Source: Flavobacteriales bacterium (GTDB lineage: Bacteria; Bacteroidota; Bacteroidia; Palsa-965). Taken from it: a DNA stretch of 64,000 bases. The stretch is from positions 8,334 to 72,333 of the forward strand of contig NSIF01000003.1 of assembly GCA_002737665.1 (NCBI GenBank). Reading direction: 5' to 3'. The position numbers and the translations under genes are program-made. Shown here in pieces: positions 29,360 through 37,846 of this stretch (position 1 is the stretch's first letter; every line of letters begins with the position of its first letter). The notes below the pieces were generated by a model that saw only the letters and a list, made by a program, of their open reading frames with translations, did no database searches and was not told the origin of the DNA.

Positions 29360-30433
29360 ATGAAAGCAAAAAATAAAATAAAAATAACAATGCTCAGCGC
29401 AGGAATACTTCTTGTGATTGCATTGCCTTGTATTGCTGGAAATAAAGATCGTGCTGGACAAGCAGGAGCAACGGAGTTATTAATAAATCCGTTTGCAAGA
29501 AGTTCTGGCTGGGGTAGTGCAAATACAGCAGGAGTGCATGGCCTTGAGGCAATGTATTTAAATGTTGGTGGTATGGCATTTACCAAAAACACAGAATTAT
29601 TATTTTGCCATACAAATTGGCTCGGTGGAGCAGGCATTGGTATTAATTCATTTGGGTTTACACAGCGTGTAGGTGCTACTGGCGCTATTGGACTTGGCAT
29701 TATGTCAATGGATTTTGGTGATATTGATATTACCACCACAGATCTTCCAGAAGGCGGAATTGGAACTTTTCACCCTACTTATAGCAACATAGCACTTTCA
29801 TTTGCGAAAGGATTTTCACAATCAATTTATGGTGGATTGGTAGTTAAAGGAATTTCCGAATCAATTGCTGATGTATCAGCTCGCGGTGTAGCATTGGATG
29901 CAGGAATTCAATATGTGACAGGTAAATTCGAGCATATTAAGTTTGGAATTTCTCTTCGAAACGTTGGACCGCGAATGAGGTATACTGGTGATGGACTTGG
30001 ATTTAAAGGTGTAGCTCCTTCTGGAGTTTATGCAATGACTGTTAACCAACGTTCGGCTGATTTTGATTTGCCAACATTAATTAATATTGGAGGAACGTAT
30101 GATTTTTATTTCTCAAAAGATTCTTTGTCAATGAAAACCAATCGCATTACAGCCGCAGGAAATTTCACTTCTAACTCTTTTTCTAAGGATGAATTCCGCG
30201 CAGGATTAGAATATGCATGGAAATCGATGTTCATGGTTCGTGCTGGATTTATTTATGAGGATGGAATAACCAATGAGGAAGAGCGTACAACTGCATTTAC
30301 TGGTCCAAGTTGCGGTGCTTCAATTGAACTTCCTTTTGGAAAGCGTGGATCAACCTTTGCGATTGATTATTCGTATCGTGCCACAAACCCATTTAATGGT
30401 GTTCATAGTTTCGGAGCCCGAATTAATCTTTAG
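29360..30433 (+). CDS. PorV/PorQ-family (FadL-like) outer-membrane beta-barrel protein
   Basis: 357 aa. Signal peptide ...ALPCIAG. N-terminal family motif AGATELLINPFARSSGWGSANTAGVHGLEAMYLNVGGMAF. Ends ...HSFGARINL. Lies 48 nt after the 1384-aa gene. Confidence 0.55.
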   Translation: MKAKNKIKITMLSAGILLVIALPCIAGNKDRAGQAGATELLINPFARSSGWGSANTAGVHGLEAMYLNVGGMAFTKNTELLFCHTNWLGGAGIGINSFGFTQRVGATGAIGLGIMSMDFGDIDITTTDLPEGGIGTFHPTYSNIALSFAKGFSQSIYGGLVVKGISESIADVSARGVALDAGIQYVTGKFEHIKFGISLRNVGPRMRYTGDGLGFKGVAPSGVYAMTVNQRSADFDLPTLINIGGTYDFYFSKDSLSMKTNRITAAGNFTSNSFSKDEFRAGLEYAWKSMFMVRAGFIYEDGITNEEERTTAFTGPSCGASIELPFGKRGSTFAIDYSYRATNPFNGVHSFGARINL

Positions 30434-30473
30434 TCCTGTTCTTAAAAACCGCTAAATTTAGTATCTTTGGTTT

Positions 30474-30516
30474 AAGGAGAATCCCGCTTCAGTTTTACTG
30501 ATGCGGGATTCTCCTT
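30474..30516 (+). terminator. strong hairpin closing the three-gene operon (no U-tract)
   Basis: Perfect 14-bp stem aaggagaatcccgc / gcgggattctcctt with a 15-nt loop, 40 nt after the stop. It is followed by cuauuucuauuc rather than a U-run. Confidence 0.5.
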
Positions 30517-30556
30517 CTATTTCTATTCAATTACAATCTCATTAAAGACGAGCTAT

Positions 30557-31030
30557 ATGTCAGAAATAATTTATTTTACCGAGTCAGGTCTTATCAAAAT
30601 AAAGGAGGAACTACATTTCTTAAAAACGAAAGAAAGAACTAGTATATCTCGCCAAATTGCAGAAGCAAGGGATAAAGGAGATCTATCAGAGAATGCCGAG
30701 TACGATGCCGCTAAGGAAGCGCAGGGCCTATTAGAAGCAAAGATTTCGAAGATTCAAGGTATGGTGAATAATGCTCGAATTGTTGATGAAACGAATCTTG
30801 ATATTGATAAGGTTTTAATCCTTTGCAAGGTCACAATTAAAAATTTGAAATCAGGACAGCAAATGACCTATACGCTTGTTCCTGAAACGGAGGCAGACCT
30901 TAAGACGTTTAAACTTTCTGTAAATTCTCCTATTTCAAAAGGTCTTTTGGGTAAAAAAGTAGGGGATATTGCTAATGTTACTGTTCCTGCTGGTGCTTTA
31001 CAGTTCGAGATTATTGAAATTTCAAGATAA
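30557..31030 (+). CDS. greA: transcription elongation factor GreA
   Basis: 157 aa. ...LKTKERTSISRQIAEARDKGDLSENAEYDAAKEAQ..., with a C-terminal FKBP-like domain. Confidence 0.95.
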   Translation: MSEIIYFTESGLIKIKEELHFLKTKERTSISRQIAEARDKGDLSENAEYDAAKEAQGLLEAKISKIQGMVNNARIVDETNLDIDKVLILCKVTIKNLKSGQQMTYTLVPETEADLKTFKLSVNSPISKGLLGKKVGDIANVTVPAGALQFEIIEISR

Positions 31031-31434
31031 TGGCAAGTATTTTTTCTAAAATTATCAATGGTGAAATTCCCTGTTATAAAATTGCTGAGACAGAAAAATG
31101 CATTGCTTTTTTAGACGTTTTTCCATTAGTCGAAGGCCATGTTTTGGTTGTTCCTAAAAAAGAAGTTGATTATATATTTGATTTAGAAGAATCAGATTTT
31201 ACGGAGTTACAGCTTTTTTCTAAAAAAGTTGCGCGGGCAATTAAGCACGTAATTAGCTGTAAACGAATTGGAGTTGCTGTCATTGGATTAGAAGTTCCAC
31301 ATGCACACATTCATCTTGTTCCAATGAACAATACAGATGACTTGAATTTTACAAAGTCCAAATTAAAACCTAGTAAAGAGCAATTGGAGGAAGTGGCGAG
31401 GAAAATTTCAGAAGCTTTTTTAATTAATAATTAA
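31030..31434 (+). CDS. HIT-family (histidine triad) protein
   Basis: 134 aa. IFSKIINGEIPCYKI..., with the triad VPHAHIHLVP. Its start overlaps the greA stop (TAATG). Confidence 0.9.
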   Translation: MASIFSKIINGEIPCYKIAETEKCIAFLDVFPLVEGHVLVVPKKEVDYIFDLEESDFTELQLFSKKVARAIKHVISCKRIGVAVIGLEVPHAHIHLVPMNNTDDLNFTKSKLKPSKEQLEEVARKISEAFLINN

Positions 31435-31483
31435 TAATAGGATATTCGTTTTTTTTAACTTATTTCCTTTTGAAAATTATTAA

Positions 31484-32068
31484 TTATTTTTTCTGTCGAT
31501 CTGGATTTTCGCTTAGGAAAGTGTTCCAGCTACCATATTTTTTACCCGAACTTTTTGTACCATTATCTTGAAAATGATGGCATACTGCGGCGGCAAGTGC
31601 GTCGGTTGCATCTAAATATTTTGGTAAATTTTTTATTGCTAGTAATTGCTGCAACATCGCAGCAACTTGTTCTTTTGATGCGTTGCCGTTTCCTGTTACC
31701 GACATTTTAATTTTTTTAGGACTGTATTCGAAAATAGGTACATTTTTATTTAATGCAGCAGCTATTGCTACGCCTTGAGCTCTTCCAAGTTTTAGCATAG
31801 ACTGTACATTTTTTCCAAAAAATGGAGCTTCAATTGCAAATTCATCTGGGAGGTATTGGGTTACCAACTCAGACGTTTTATCAAAAATTGTTTTTAGTTT
31901 TAATGCCGGATCTTTTATTTTTTCCATTCGAATTACACCAAGTTCCAGTAATTTCATTTTCTGATTTGAAATTTGAATTATACCAAAGCCCATGATTGTG
32001 GTGCCTGGGTCAATTCCAAGTATGACCTTATTTTTATTTTTACGCGAATCGGGAGGAGAAAGCTGCAC
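31484..32068 (-). CDS. ruvC: crossover junction endodeoxyribonuclease RuvC
   Basis: 194 aa. ILGIDPGTTIMGFGII, ...FAIEAPFFGKNVQSMLKLGRAQG, and ...ATDALAAAVCH. Confidence 0.9.
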   Translation of the reverse strand: MQLSPPDSRKNKNKVILGIDPGTTIMGFGIIQISNQKMKLLELGVIRMEKIKDPALKLKTIFDKTSELVTQYLPDEFAIEAPFFGKNVQSMLKLGRAQGVAIAAALNKNVPIFEYSPKKIKMSVTGNGNASKEQVAAMLQQLLAIKNLPKYLDATDALAAAVCHHFQDNGTKSSGKKYGSWNTFLSENPDRQKK

Positions 32069-32094
32069 GGCGTTTTGTTACATTTACCAACATT

Positions 32095-33018
32095 ATGTTA
32101 ATTAAACTGCCATCTAAAATTGGCCTGATTATAAAGGTAGCAATTGTTTTTATCGCGCTGCTATATATTCTGTCGCGCTTTATTTTAATGGATGGTGGAA
32201 ATTTATCTTTCCAGACTTTTTTAATTGCCTTACGAGTTCATCCTTTCCTTTTTTATGGTACAATTTTGTTAATGCCATTGAATTGGTTTTTGGAATCATT
32301 GAAGTGGAAAAATGCTGCTGGAAGAGCAATTGATATTTCCTTGTCGAATGCGGTAATGGGTGTGCTTGCAGGAGTTACAATTGGATTAGCAACTCCGAAC
32401 AGAATTGGTGAATTTGTAGGACGAGTTTTCATGGTAAAGGGTGGCGATCGTATTCAACTGTTATTGCTTTCTTCGGTTCCAAGTTTTGCTCAAGTTTTAG
32501 TTACAATCATGCTTGGATTAATTGGGTTTGTGTTACATCCTGAATTTGCGGGATTGGCTACTATCGATTTAATTTTATTATTTGCGGGAGTGTTTTTGGT
32601 TTTTAGTTTACCTTTTATTTTTAGATTCATTCCATATAAGTGGTTGAAGAACATCGCTGTATTAAGATTATTTCCACGTAGGTTGTTTGTTCGAATTTTA
32701 TTGCTTTCTTTTTTACGATACGCTGTTTATGTATTTCAGTTTTGTATAATTCTTTCGTTCTATGGAATTGTTTTTAATTTCGAATTAGTCTTAGTGTGTA
32801 TTGTCATTTCTTATTTTATTGTAACAATTATTCCAACATTTTCATTTACCGAGGTCTTTATTCGTGGTGGAATTGCAGGTATTGTATTCTCAAATGCAGG
32901 TGTTTCATTTAATCTTGCTTTTGCCGCTGCCGTGACGCTTTGGATTATTAATGTGGCTATCCCAGCTTTGATTGGATCTATTTTTGTTTTTAAATTAAAA
33001 TTTTACGCAAACGAGTAA
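32095..33018 (+). CDS. flippase-like / lysylphosphatidylglycerol-synthase-TM-region-like membrane protein (UPF0104 type)
   Basis: 307 aa, about 8 TM helices. ...LKWKNAAGRAI... and GLATPNRIGEFVGRVF pattern. Confidence 0.55.
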   Translation: MLIKLPSKIGLIIKVAIVFIALLYILSRFILMDGGNLSFQTFLIALRVHPFLFYGTILLMPLNWFLESLKWKNAAGRAIDISLSNAVMGVLAGVTIGLATPNRIGEFVGRVFMVKGGDRIQLLLLSSVPSFAQVLVTIMLGLIGFVLHPEFAGLATIDLILLFAGVFLVFSLPFIFRFIPYKWLKNIAVLRLFPRRLFVRILLLSFLRYAVYVFQFCIILSFYGIVFNFELVLVCIVISYFIVTIIPTFSFTEVFIRGGIAGIVFSNAGVSFNLAFAAAVTLWIINVAIPALIGSIFVFKLKFYANE

Positions 33019-34145
33019 TGAGTCATCTTTTATATTTTATTGTTTTTGGTATTATTGTGTTGTACGGAATTTCATTAATTGTACCAACTTTTTATTTTAT
33101 TTTTAAGCGTAAAATTAAAAACAAAGATTTTGTTCCCTCCACTTTTGTTTCTGTTTTATTGCCTGTTAGAAATGAAGAAACACAACTTGTTGAATGTTTA
33201 GAGAGTTTATTGAAATTGAATTATCCAGATAATAAATATGAACTCCTATTAATTAATGACCACTCTACTGACCAAACACGAAAATTAGCGGAGCGATATT
33301 TAGGCCGTTTCCCATTCTTTAAAATAATTGACAATCCTGTAAATGTTTTTGGAAAAAAAAGTGCACTTACGCTAGGAGTTCAGGCAGCGCAAGGTGAACT
33401 TATTGTCACAACTGATGGCGACTGTATTTTGCCTTCTTCATGGTTGTTAAATATTGTGGAGACTTACGAGACTGAAAATCCTGTTTTTATTTCTGGGCCT
33501 GTTGCTTATAAAAAGCAAGGAGGGCTTTTGCGTAATTTACTTGCAATGGAGCAAATTGCTTTACAAATAATTGCATCAGGTTCAATGCAAATGGGTTTGC
33601 CAATTCTTTGTAGTGGAGCTAATTTGGCTTATAAAAAGGATTTTTTTATTGAATCTGGTGGTTATCAAAATGACGTATTGGCGTCTGGCGACGATGTATT
33701 TCTAATGCTCAAAGCACATCGAAAATATCCTGGAAGACTTAGATTTATGTCAGACAGTAGTTCTATTGTTTTGACTTCGCCAGCTGAGAATTTGCGTTTT
33801 GCTATTCAGCAACGAAGCCGCTGGTTATCTAAAATATCAGCATATGGAAATTCATGGATTTCCGGTCTAGGAATACTGGTTTTTTTGTGTAATTGTATAC
33901 CCTTGTTTTTTGCTTTACTTTCATTTTATAACAGTGAATATTTGACGCTATTTTTTTTGACATTTGCGGGCAAGATGTTGATTGATGTTTTGTTGTTATC
34001 TTTGGCAGTCCCTTTTTATAGGGAACCTCGTTTGCTTTTGTTTGCATTTTTTGGAGAAATAGTTTATCCCTTTCTCTCCATTATTTCAGTAGTTGCTGTT
34101 TTTTTTGGCACTTTTAATTGGAAAGGGAGAACTTATAAAGTTTGA
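33018..34145 (+). CDS. family 2 glycosyltransferase, processive type
   Basis: 375 aa. VSVLLPVRNEE, LLLINDHSTD, TDGDC, GANLAYKK, and the Q-x-x-R-W motif QQRSRW, followed by C-terminal TM helices. Its start overlaps the upstream stop (TAATG). Confidence 0.8.
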   Translation: MSHLLYFIVFGIIVLYGISLIVPTFYFIFKRKIKNKDFVPSTFVSVLLPVRNEETQLVECLESLLKLNYPDNKYELLLINDHSTDQTRKLAERYLGRFPFFKIIDNPVNVFGKKSALTLGVQAAQGELIVTTDGDCILPSSWLLNIVETYETENPVFISGPVAYKKQGGLLRNLLAMEQIALQIIASGSMQMGLPILCSGANLAYKKDFFIESGGYQNDVLASGDDVFLMLKAHRKYPGRLRFMSDSSSIVLTSPAENLRFAIQQRSRWLSKISAYGNSWISGLGILVFLCNCIPLFFALLSFYNSEYLTLFFLTFAGKMLIDVLLLSLAVPFYREPRLLLFAFFGEIVYPFLSIISVVAVFFGTFNWKGRTYKV

Positions 34146-34157
34146 AATAATTTTTGA

Positions 34158-35399
34158 ATGAAGGAGGAAAATCAACAGCGTACTTATTCACTTGCTAGTT
34201 TTGCTTTGCAAAGACTACGTCGTGACAAATTAGCGATAACAGGCGTTTGTATTATTTTAGTTTCAATTCTTATTTCAATTTTGGGATATTTGATTACTCC
34301 CGATTCAAGTCCTGATGCTGATACACATATTGACGAAATTGGAATTCAGAAACCTGGATTTAAATGCAAATTAATTTCTTTAAGAAAAAATACCGAAATT
34401 GAAAGTGACAATATTCTTGCACGCATGTTTGTTGGTCGTGCTAACGATTGTGAATATCACGCCTATCAATCGACTTGGTTTTCAGGAAATGATATTGTTT
34501 GGCAAGAGTTTGCCGAAGGTGCTGCAAATGGTGAAATTACTCGCTTTAATTTAGCAGATGCGATATATCCGATCAATCCGGCTTTCCCATTTGTAAGCGA
34601 TACCGTAAATGGATTTGTTGATTTTTACGTTTATGGTGAGGGAGGAAGAATTCATAAAACCACCAAAGAGTTACAACTTGAAATTCAGGCAAATCTTCTT
34701 GAAAATAGAAATATTTTAGGGACAGACCATTTCGGTCGCGATTTATTAAGTCGATTAATGATTGGGACTCGAATTTCACTTTTTGTTGGATTAATTTCTG
34801 TTATTATCTCCTTGCTGATTGGTATTTTGATGGGTTCGATTGCAGGCTTTTTCCGTGGCTGGGTTGATGATGTTATCATGTGGTTTATAAATGTTGTTTG
34901 GTCCATACCAACCTTATTGTTGGTCATTGCAATTACACTTGTACTTGGGAAAGGGATTTTCCCAATTTTTATTGCTGTTGGCTTGACTATGTGGGTGGAA
35001 ACAGCCAGAGTAGTACGAGGACAAATACTGAGTGTTAGAGAGGAGGAATTCATAGAAGCGGGTAGGGCACTAGGGTTCTCTAATATTCGAATTGTTCTTC
35101 GACATTTATTACCAAATGTTATGGGCCCAGTAATTGTTATTTCTGCAAATAATTTTGCTTCCGCTATTCTTATTGAGGCAGGATTAAGTTATTTGGGGAT
35201 TGGTGTTCGACGACCAACTCCATCTTGGGGAATGATGATAAGTGAGTATAAAGGGTATATTCTCACTGGTGATGCATACCTTGCCATTTTACCTGGCGTT
35301 GCCATTATGTTTGTGGTACTTGCTTTTATTTTGTTGGGTAATGGCTTACGGGATGCAATTGATACGAAGTTGGTAGGTGAGGATCAGATTATGACATAA
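34158..35399 (+). CDS. ABC transporter permease (DppC/OppC-like) with long N-terminal extension
   Basis: 413 aa. Permease core ...WSIPTLLLVIAITLVLG...EEFIEAGRALGFSNIRIVLRHLLPNVMGPVIV. No ATPase or binding-protein gene is adjacent. Confidence 0.8.
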   Translation: MKEENQQRTYSLASFALQRLRRDKLAITGVCIILVSILISILGYLITPDSSPDADTHIDEIGIQKPGFKCKLISLRKNTEIESDNILARMFVGRANDCEYHAYQSTWFSGNDIVWQEFAEGAANGEITRFNLADAIYPINPAFPFVSDTVNGFVDFYVYGEGGRIHKTTKELQLEIQANLLENRNILGTDHFGRDLLSRLMIGTRISLFVGLISVIISLLIGILMGSIAGFFRGWVDDVIMWFINVVWSIPTLLLVIAITLVLGKGIFPIFIAVGLTMWVETARVVRGQILSVREEEFIEAGRALGFSNIRIVLRHLLPNVMGPVIVISANNFASAILIEAGLSYLGIGVRRPTPSWGMMISEYKGYILTGDAYLAILPGVAIMFVVLAFILLGNGLRDAIDTKLVGEDQIMT

Positions 35400-35537
35400 T
35401 AATTTGGTAGTCTATAATTGCCTCTATTTCAAGTATTAAATTTTAGAATAATAAATAGATTGTTTTCACAAAGTAAATTATTAATTTAGCACCTCTCACA
35501 CAAAGCTTCGGCTTCTCATTAATAACACATACATTAT

Positions 35538-36155
35538 ATGCATATTGCAATCGCTGGAAATATCGGATCAGGAAAAACTACTCTTACCACTTTGCTTTCG
35601 AAACATTATGGGTGGCAAGCACATTATGAAGATGCAGATGAAAACCCTTATCTCGCCGATTTTTACGAAGACATGCAACGCTGGTCATTCAATCTTCAGA
35701 TATATTTTTTAAATAGTCGGTTTGCGCAGGTAACTGATATTCGTACTTCTGGTCGTGATGTAATTCAAGATCGAACTATCTATGAGGATGCACATATTTT
35801 CGCGCCCAATTTGCATGCGATGGGATTGATGACTACACGTGATTTTGAAAATTATTTTTCACTGTTCAAATTGATGGAATCATTGGTAGCACCACCTGAC
35901 CTAATTATTTATTTGCGTGCTTCTGTACCAACTTTGGTTGCACAAATTCAAAAACGTGGACGTGATTATGAAAATCAAATTCGAATAGATTACCTCAAAC
36001 GTTTGAACGAACGTTATGAAGCATTTATTTCTACTTACGATTCAGGTAAAGTTTTGATTATTGATGTGGATGAAAATAAATTTTCAGAGCATCCTGAACA
36101 CCTTGGTGAAATAATTAATAAAATAGATGCTGAAATTAATGGACTGTTCAAATAG
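35538..36155 (+). CDS. deoxynucleoside kinase
   Basis: 205 aa. IAIAGNIGSGKTTL, ...QDRTIYEDAHIF, and ...IYLRASVPTLVAQIQKRGRDYE. Confidence 0.85.
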   Translation: MHIAIAGNIGSGKTTLTTLLSKHYGWQAHYEDADENPYLADFYEDMQRWSFNLQIYFLNSRFAQVTDIRTSGRDVIQDRTIYEDAHIFAPNLHAMGLMTTRDFENYFSLFKLMESLVAPPDLIIYLRASVPTLVAQIQKRGRDYENQIRIDYLKRLNERYEAFISTYDSGKVLIIDVDENKFSEHPEHLGEIINKIDAEINGLFK

Positions 36156-36200
36156 GACTTCGATACATCCGCCGCGGCGGACACTCAGCTTGACAAAATA

Positions 36201-36236
36201 AAAAAGCGCTCTGAAATTTCAGGGCGCTTTTTTTTT
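36201..36236. terminator. bidirectional intrinsic terminator between convergent genes
   Basis: 12-bp stem agcgctctgaaa / tttcagggcgct with one G-U pair, flanked by A5 and T9 runs. Confidence 0.75.
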
Positions 36237-36245
36237 GCAATTTTC

Positions 36246-37481
36246 TTAAAGACAACTCGCTTCCATCAACCGCACATCCAATTCCAATTGATTGAAATTG
36301 ATCAGCACCAATTCAAATGGAACACGACAGAATTTAGCGTTTTCCCAAGAAAATTTACCTTCCTTTGGGTTTCCGTAACGATCAATATCACTTATGTTTA
36401 GTAGTAAAAGATTTTCCTTGTGAAATTTTTCTTTCAATAGGATATTTAGAATTTTAACATCACTTTTTAGTGCTGTCATTATTGGTTTTGGCTGATCATT
36501 ATTGGTAAATAAAAAACTCATGGGAAGGTTAAAGTTGCCAGCGTTCTCTGACAATAACATTTCCAAATTAGGTTTTGGATTCTGACCAAATGAAGCAAAA
36601 TCAATAATTTGTTTTTTCGCTGCTTCTATTTTCGAGCACAAGGAATTACAACTGTTTTTAAGTTCTGATAGATCTGCTTGCGATTTTGTTGAATCAGTTG
36701 ATAAACTCGCATATTTCAGCTCGTTTTGTTTTGATGCGAATGCATACGCTTTGTCGATGCCTTGAATTGAAGAGGCATATAAATAATGAATTTGCTGACT
36801 TGGTCTGAGACTGGTTAACAAGAACAGCAATCCACCTGCGAACAGAATCAAAAGGGAAGAAACAATGGTATTCATTTTAGTTTCCGAATTTTTTATTCCA
36901 CCGAAAAAATATATTGGAAGAAAAATAAAAATTAAAATTCCTAATGAAATCAACCACATAATTGTCGCTCCAGGCCAATGCATCACTTTAAATAATGAGG
37001 AAATGCTTACAAGAATTCCGAATAGCGTAGCAATTCCCAAAGTGATTTTTTCTCGCTTTTCTTTTACTTCTTTCGCCTTGATTAAAAATAAAATAGGTAG
37101 GAAAATAAAACTGAGAATAAAAACAGCAAGTAAAAATATTGCCGAGGCTCCCGGCCAATGCATTACTTTAAAAAATGATCCAATGATAATTCCAATGGCA
37201 GCGAATGTTCCGCTTAAAAGCATTACTTTTTTCATGGTGTAATAGTGTTTAAAGGTTAATACTAATTCTGTTTCTTCCTGAATTTCCCGTAATTCTCGTT
37301 TATAAAAACGAGTAATCACAATTCTGTAAAATTCATCAAAGTCTTGTTCTGGTGACATTTCATTTTCAATAACGCAACAGATATGATCCAGGAGATTGAG
37401 CTGCAGCTCCTCCAACTCAATGCCATTACGTCTAATGTCATCGAGAATAAATGATACCTGTTGTTCACTTAAAACAAACAT
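36246..37481 (-). CDS. PadR-coupled membrane protein with duplicated GldL-like TM hairpins and GldM-N-like C-terminal domain
   Basis: 411 aa. Cytoplasmic helical N-domain. Two 60-aa TM-hairpin units each carrying FKVMHWPGA...FIFLPI (motifs at 37143-37172 and 36963-36992). The C-terminal 170 aa ends ...FSWENAKFCRVPFELVLINFNQLELDVRLMEA. Its start lies 1 nt after the padR stop. Confidence 0.6.
   Translation of the reverse strand: MFVLSEQQVSFILDDIRRNGIELEELQLNLLDHICCVIENEMSPEQDFDEFYRIVITRFYKRELREIQEETELVLTFKHYYTMKKVMLLSGTFAAIGIIIGSFFKVMHWPGASAIFLLAVFILSFIFLPILFLIKAKEVKEKREKITLGIATLFGILVSISSLFKVMHWPGATIMWLISLGILIFIFLPIYFFGGIKNSETKMNTIVSSLLILFAGGLLFLLTSLRPSQQIHYLYASSIQGIDKAYAFASKQNELKYASLSTDSTKSQADLSELKNSCNSLCSKIEAAKKQIIDFASFGQNPKPNLEMLLSENAGNFNLPMSFLFTNNDQPKPIMTALKSDVKILNILLKEKFHKENLLLLNISDIDRYGNPKEGKFSWENAKFCRVPFELVLINFNQLELDVRLMEASCL
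36867..37226 (-). repeat. tandem in-frame duplication of a 60-aa (180-nt) TM-hairpin unit
   Basis: Residues 86-145 versus 146-205 of the 411-aa protein. FKVMHWPGA and FIFLPI sit at identical offsets. About 24 of 60 residues are identical by hand alignment. Confidence 0.6.
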
Positions 37482-37482
37482 G

Positions 37483-37821
37483 CTAACCGATGTTTAGTTT
37501 CAGATCAAGTAAAAAGACCATCGTGTTCATGAATTCCCTGAACTCGCTTACTTTTTCTTTAGCCATTTTTTTACCCGTTTTGGTAATGGTGTAATACTTA
37601 CGAATCCGGTTTCCTACATTAACCGTTTTCGTCGTCAAAATTCCATCTGCTTCCAGCGCATGCAGTGTAGGATACAATGCGCCTTCCGTCAATTGAATTT
37701 TTCCGTCAGTAAGCTCCTTTACCTTTTGGGTAATTTCATAGCCGTACATTTTGTCGTTCTCCGACAACAACTTTAAAATGATTGTTTTTAAAGTTCCTTT
37801 TATGAGTTCTGATGAATACAT
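37483..37821 (-). CDS. PadR-family transcriptional regulator
   Basis: The ORF track starts at 37836. ATG 37821 gives MYSSELIKGTLKTIILKLLSENDKMYGYEITQKV...LTEGALYPTLHALEADGIL...RKYYTITKTGKK, a canonical winged-helix PadR. Confidence 0.85.
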   Translation of the reverse strand: MYSSELIKGTLKTIILKLLSENDKMYGYEITQKVKELTDGKIQLTEGALYPTLHALEADGILTTKTVNVGNRIRKYYTITKTGKKMAKEKVSEFREFMNTMVFLLDLKLNIG

Positions 37822-37825
37822 AGTA

Positions 37826-37833
37826 CAAATATA
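37826..37833 (-). promoter_or_regulatory. -7 box TATATTTG upstream of padR
   Basis: The plus strand reads caaatata. It ends 4 nt before ATG 37821, so the mRNA is leaderless or near-leaderless. Confidence 0.45.
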
Positions 37834-37846
37834 CACTTTATTTTAG

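Noticed and set aside
35400-35537. Small UUCG-type hairpin (aagcTTCGgctt) and other short stems in intergenic regions, considered as sRNA or additional riboswitch candidates. Other regions checked: 4588-4790, 21248-21418, 60785-60965, 63603-63818.
   Set aside because: The stems are 4-6 bp. I recognise no conserved riboswitch or sRNA core motifs. The regions are explained as promoter/leader DNA.
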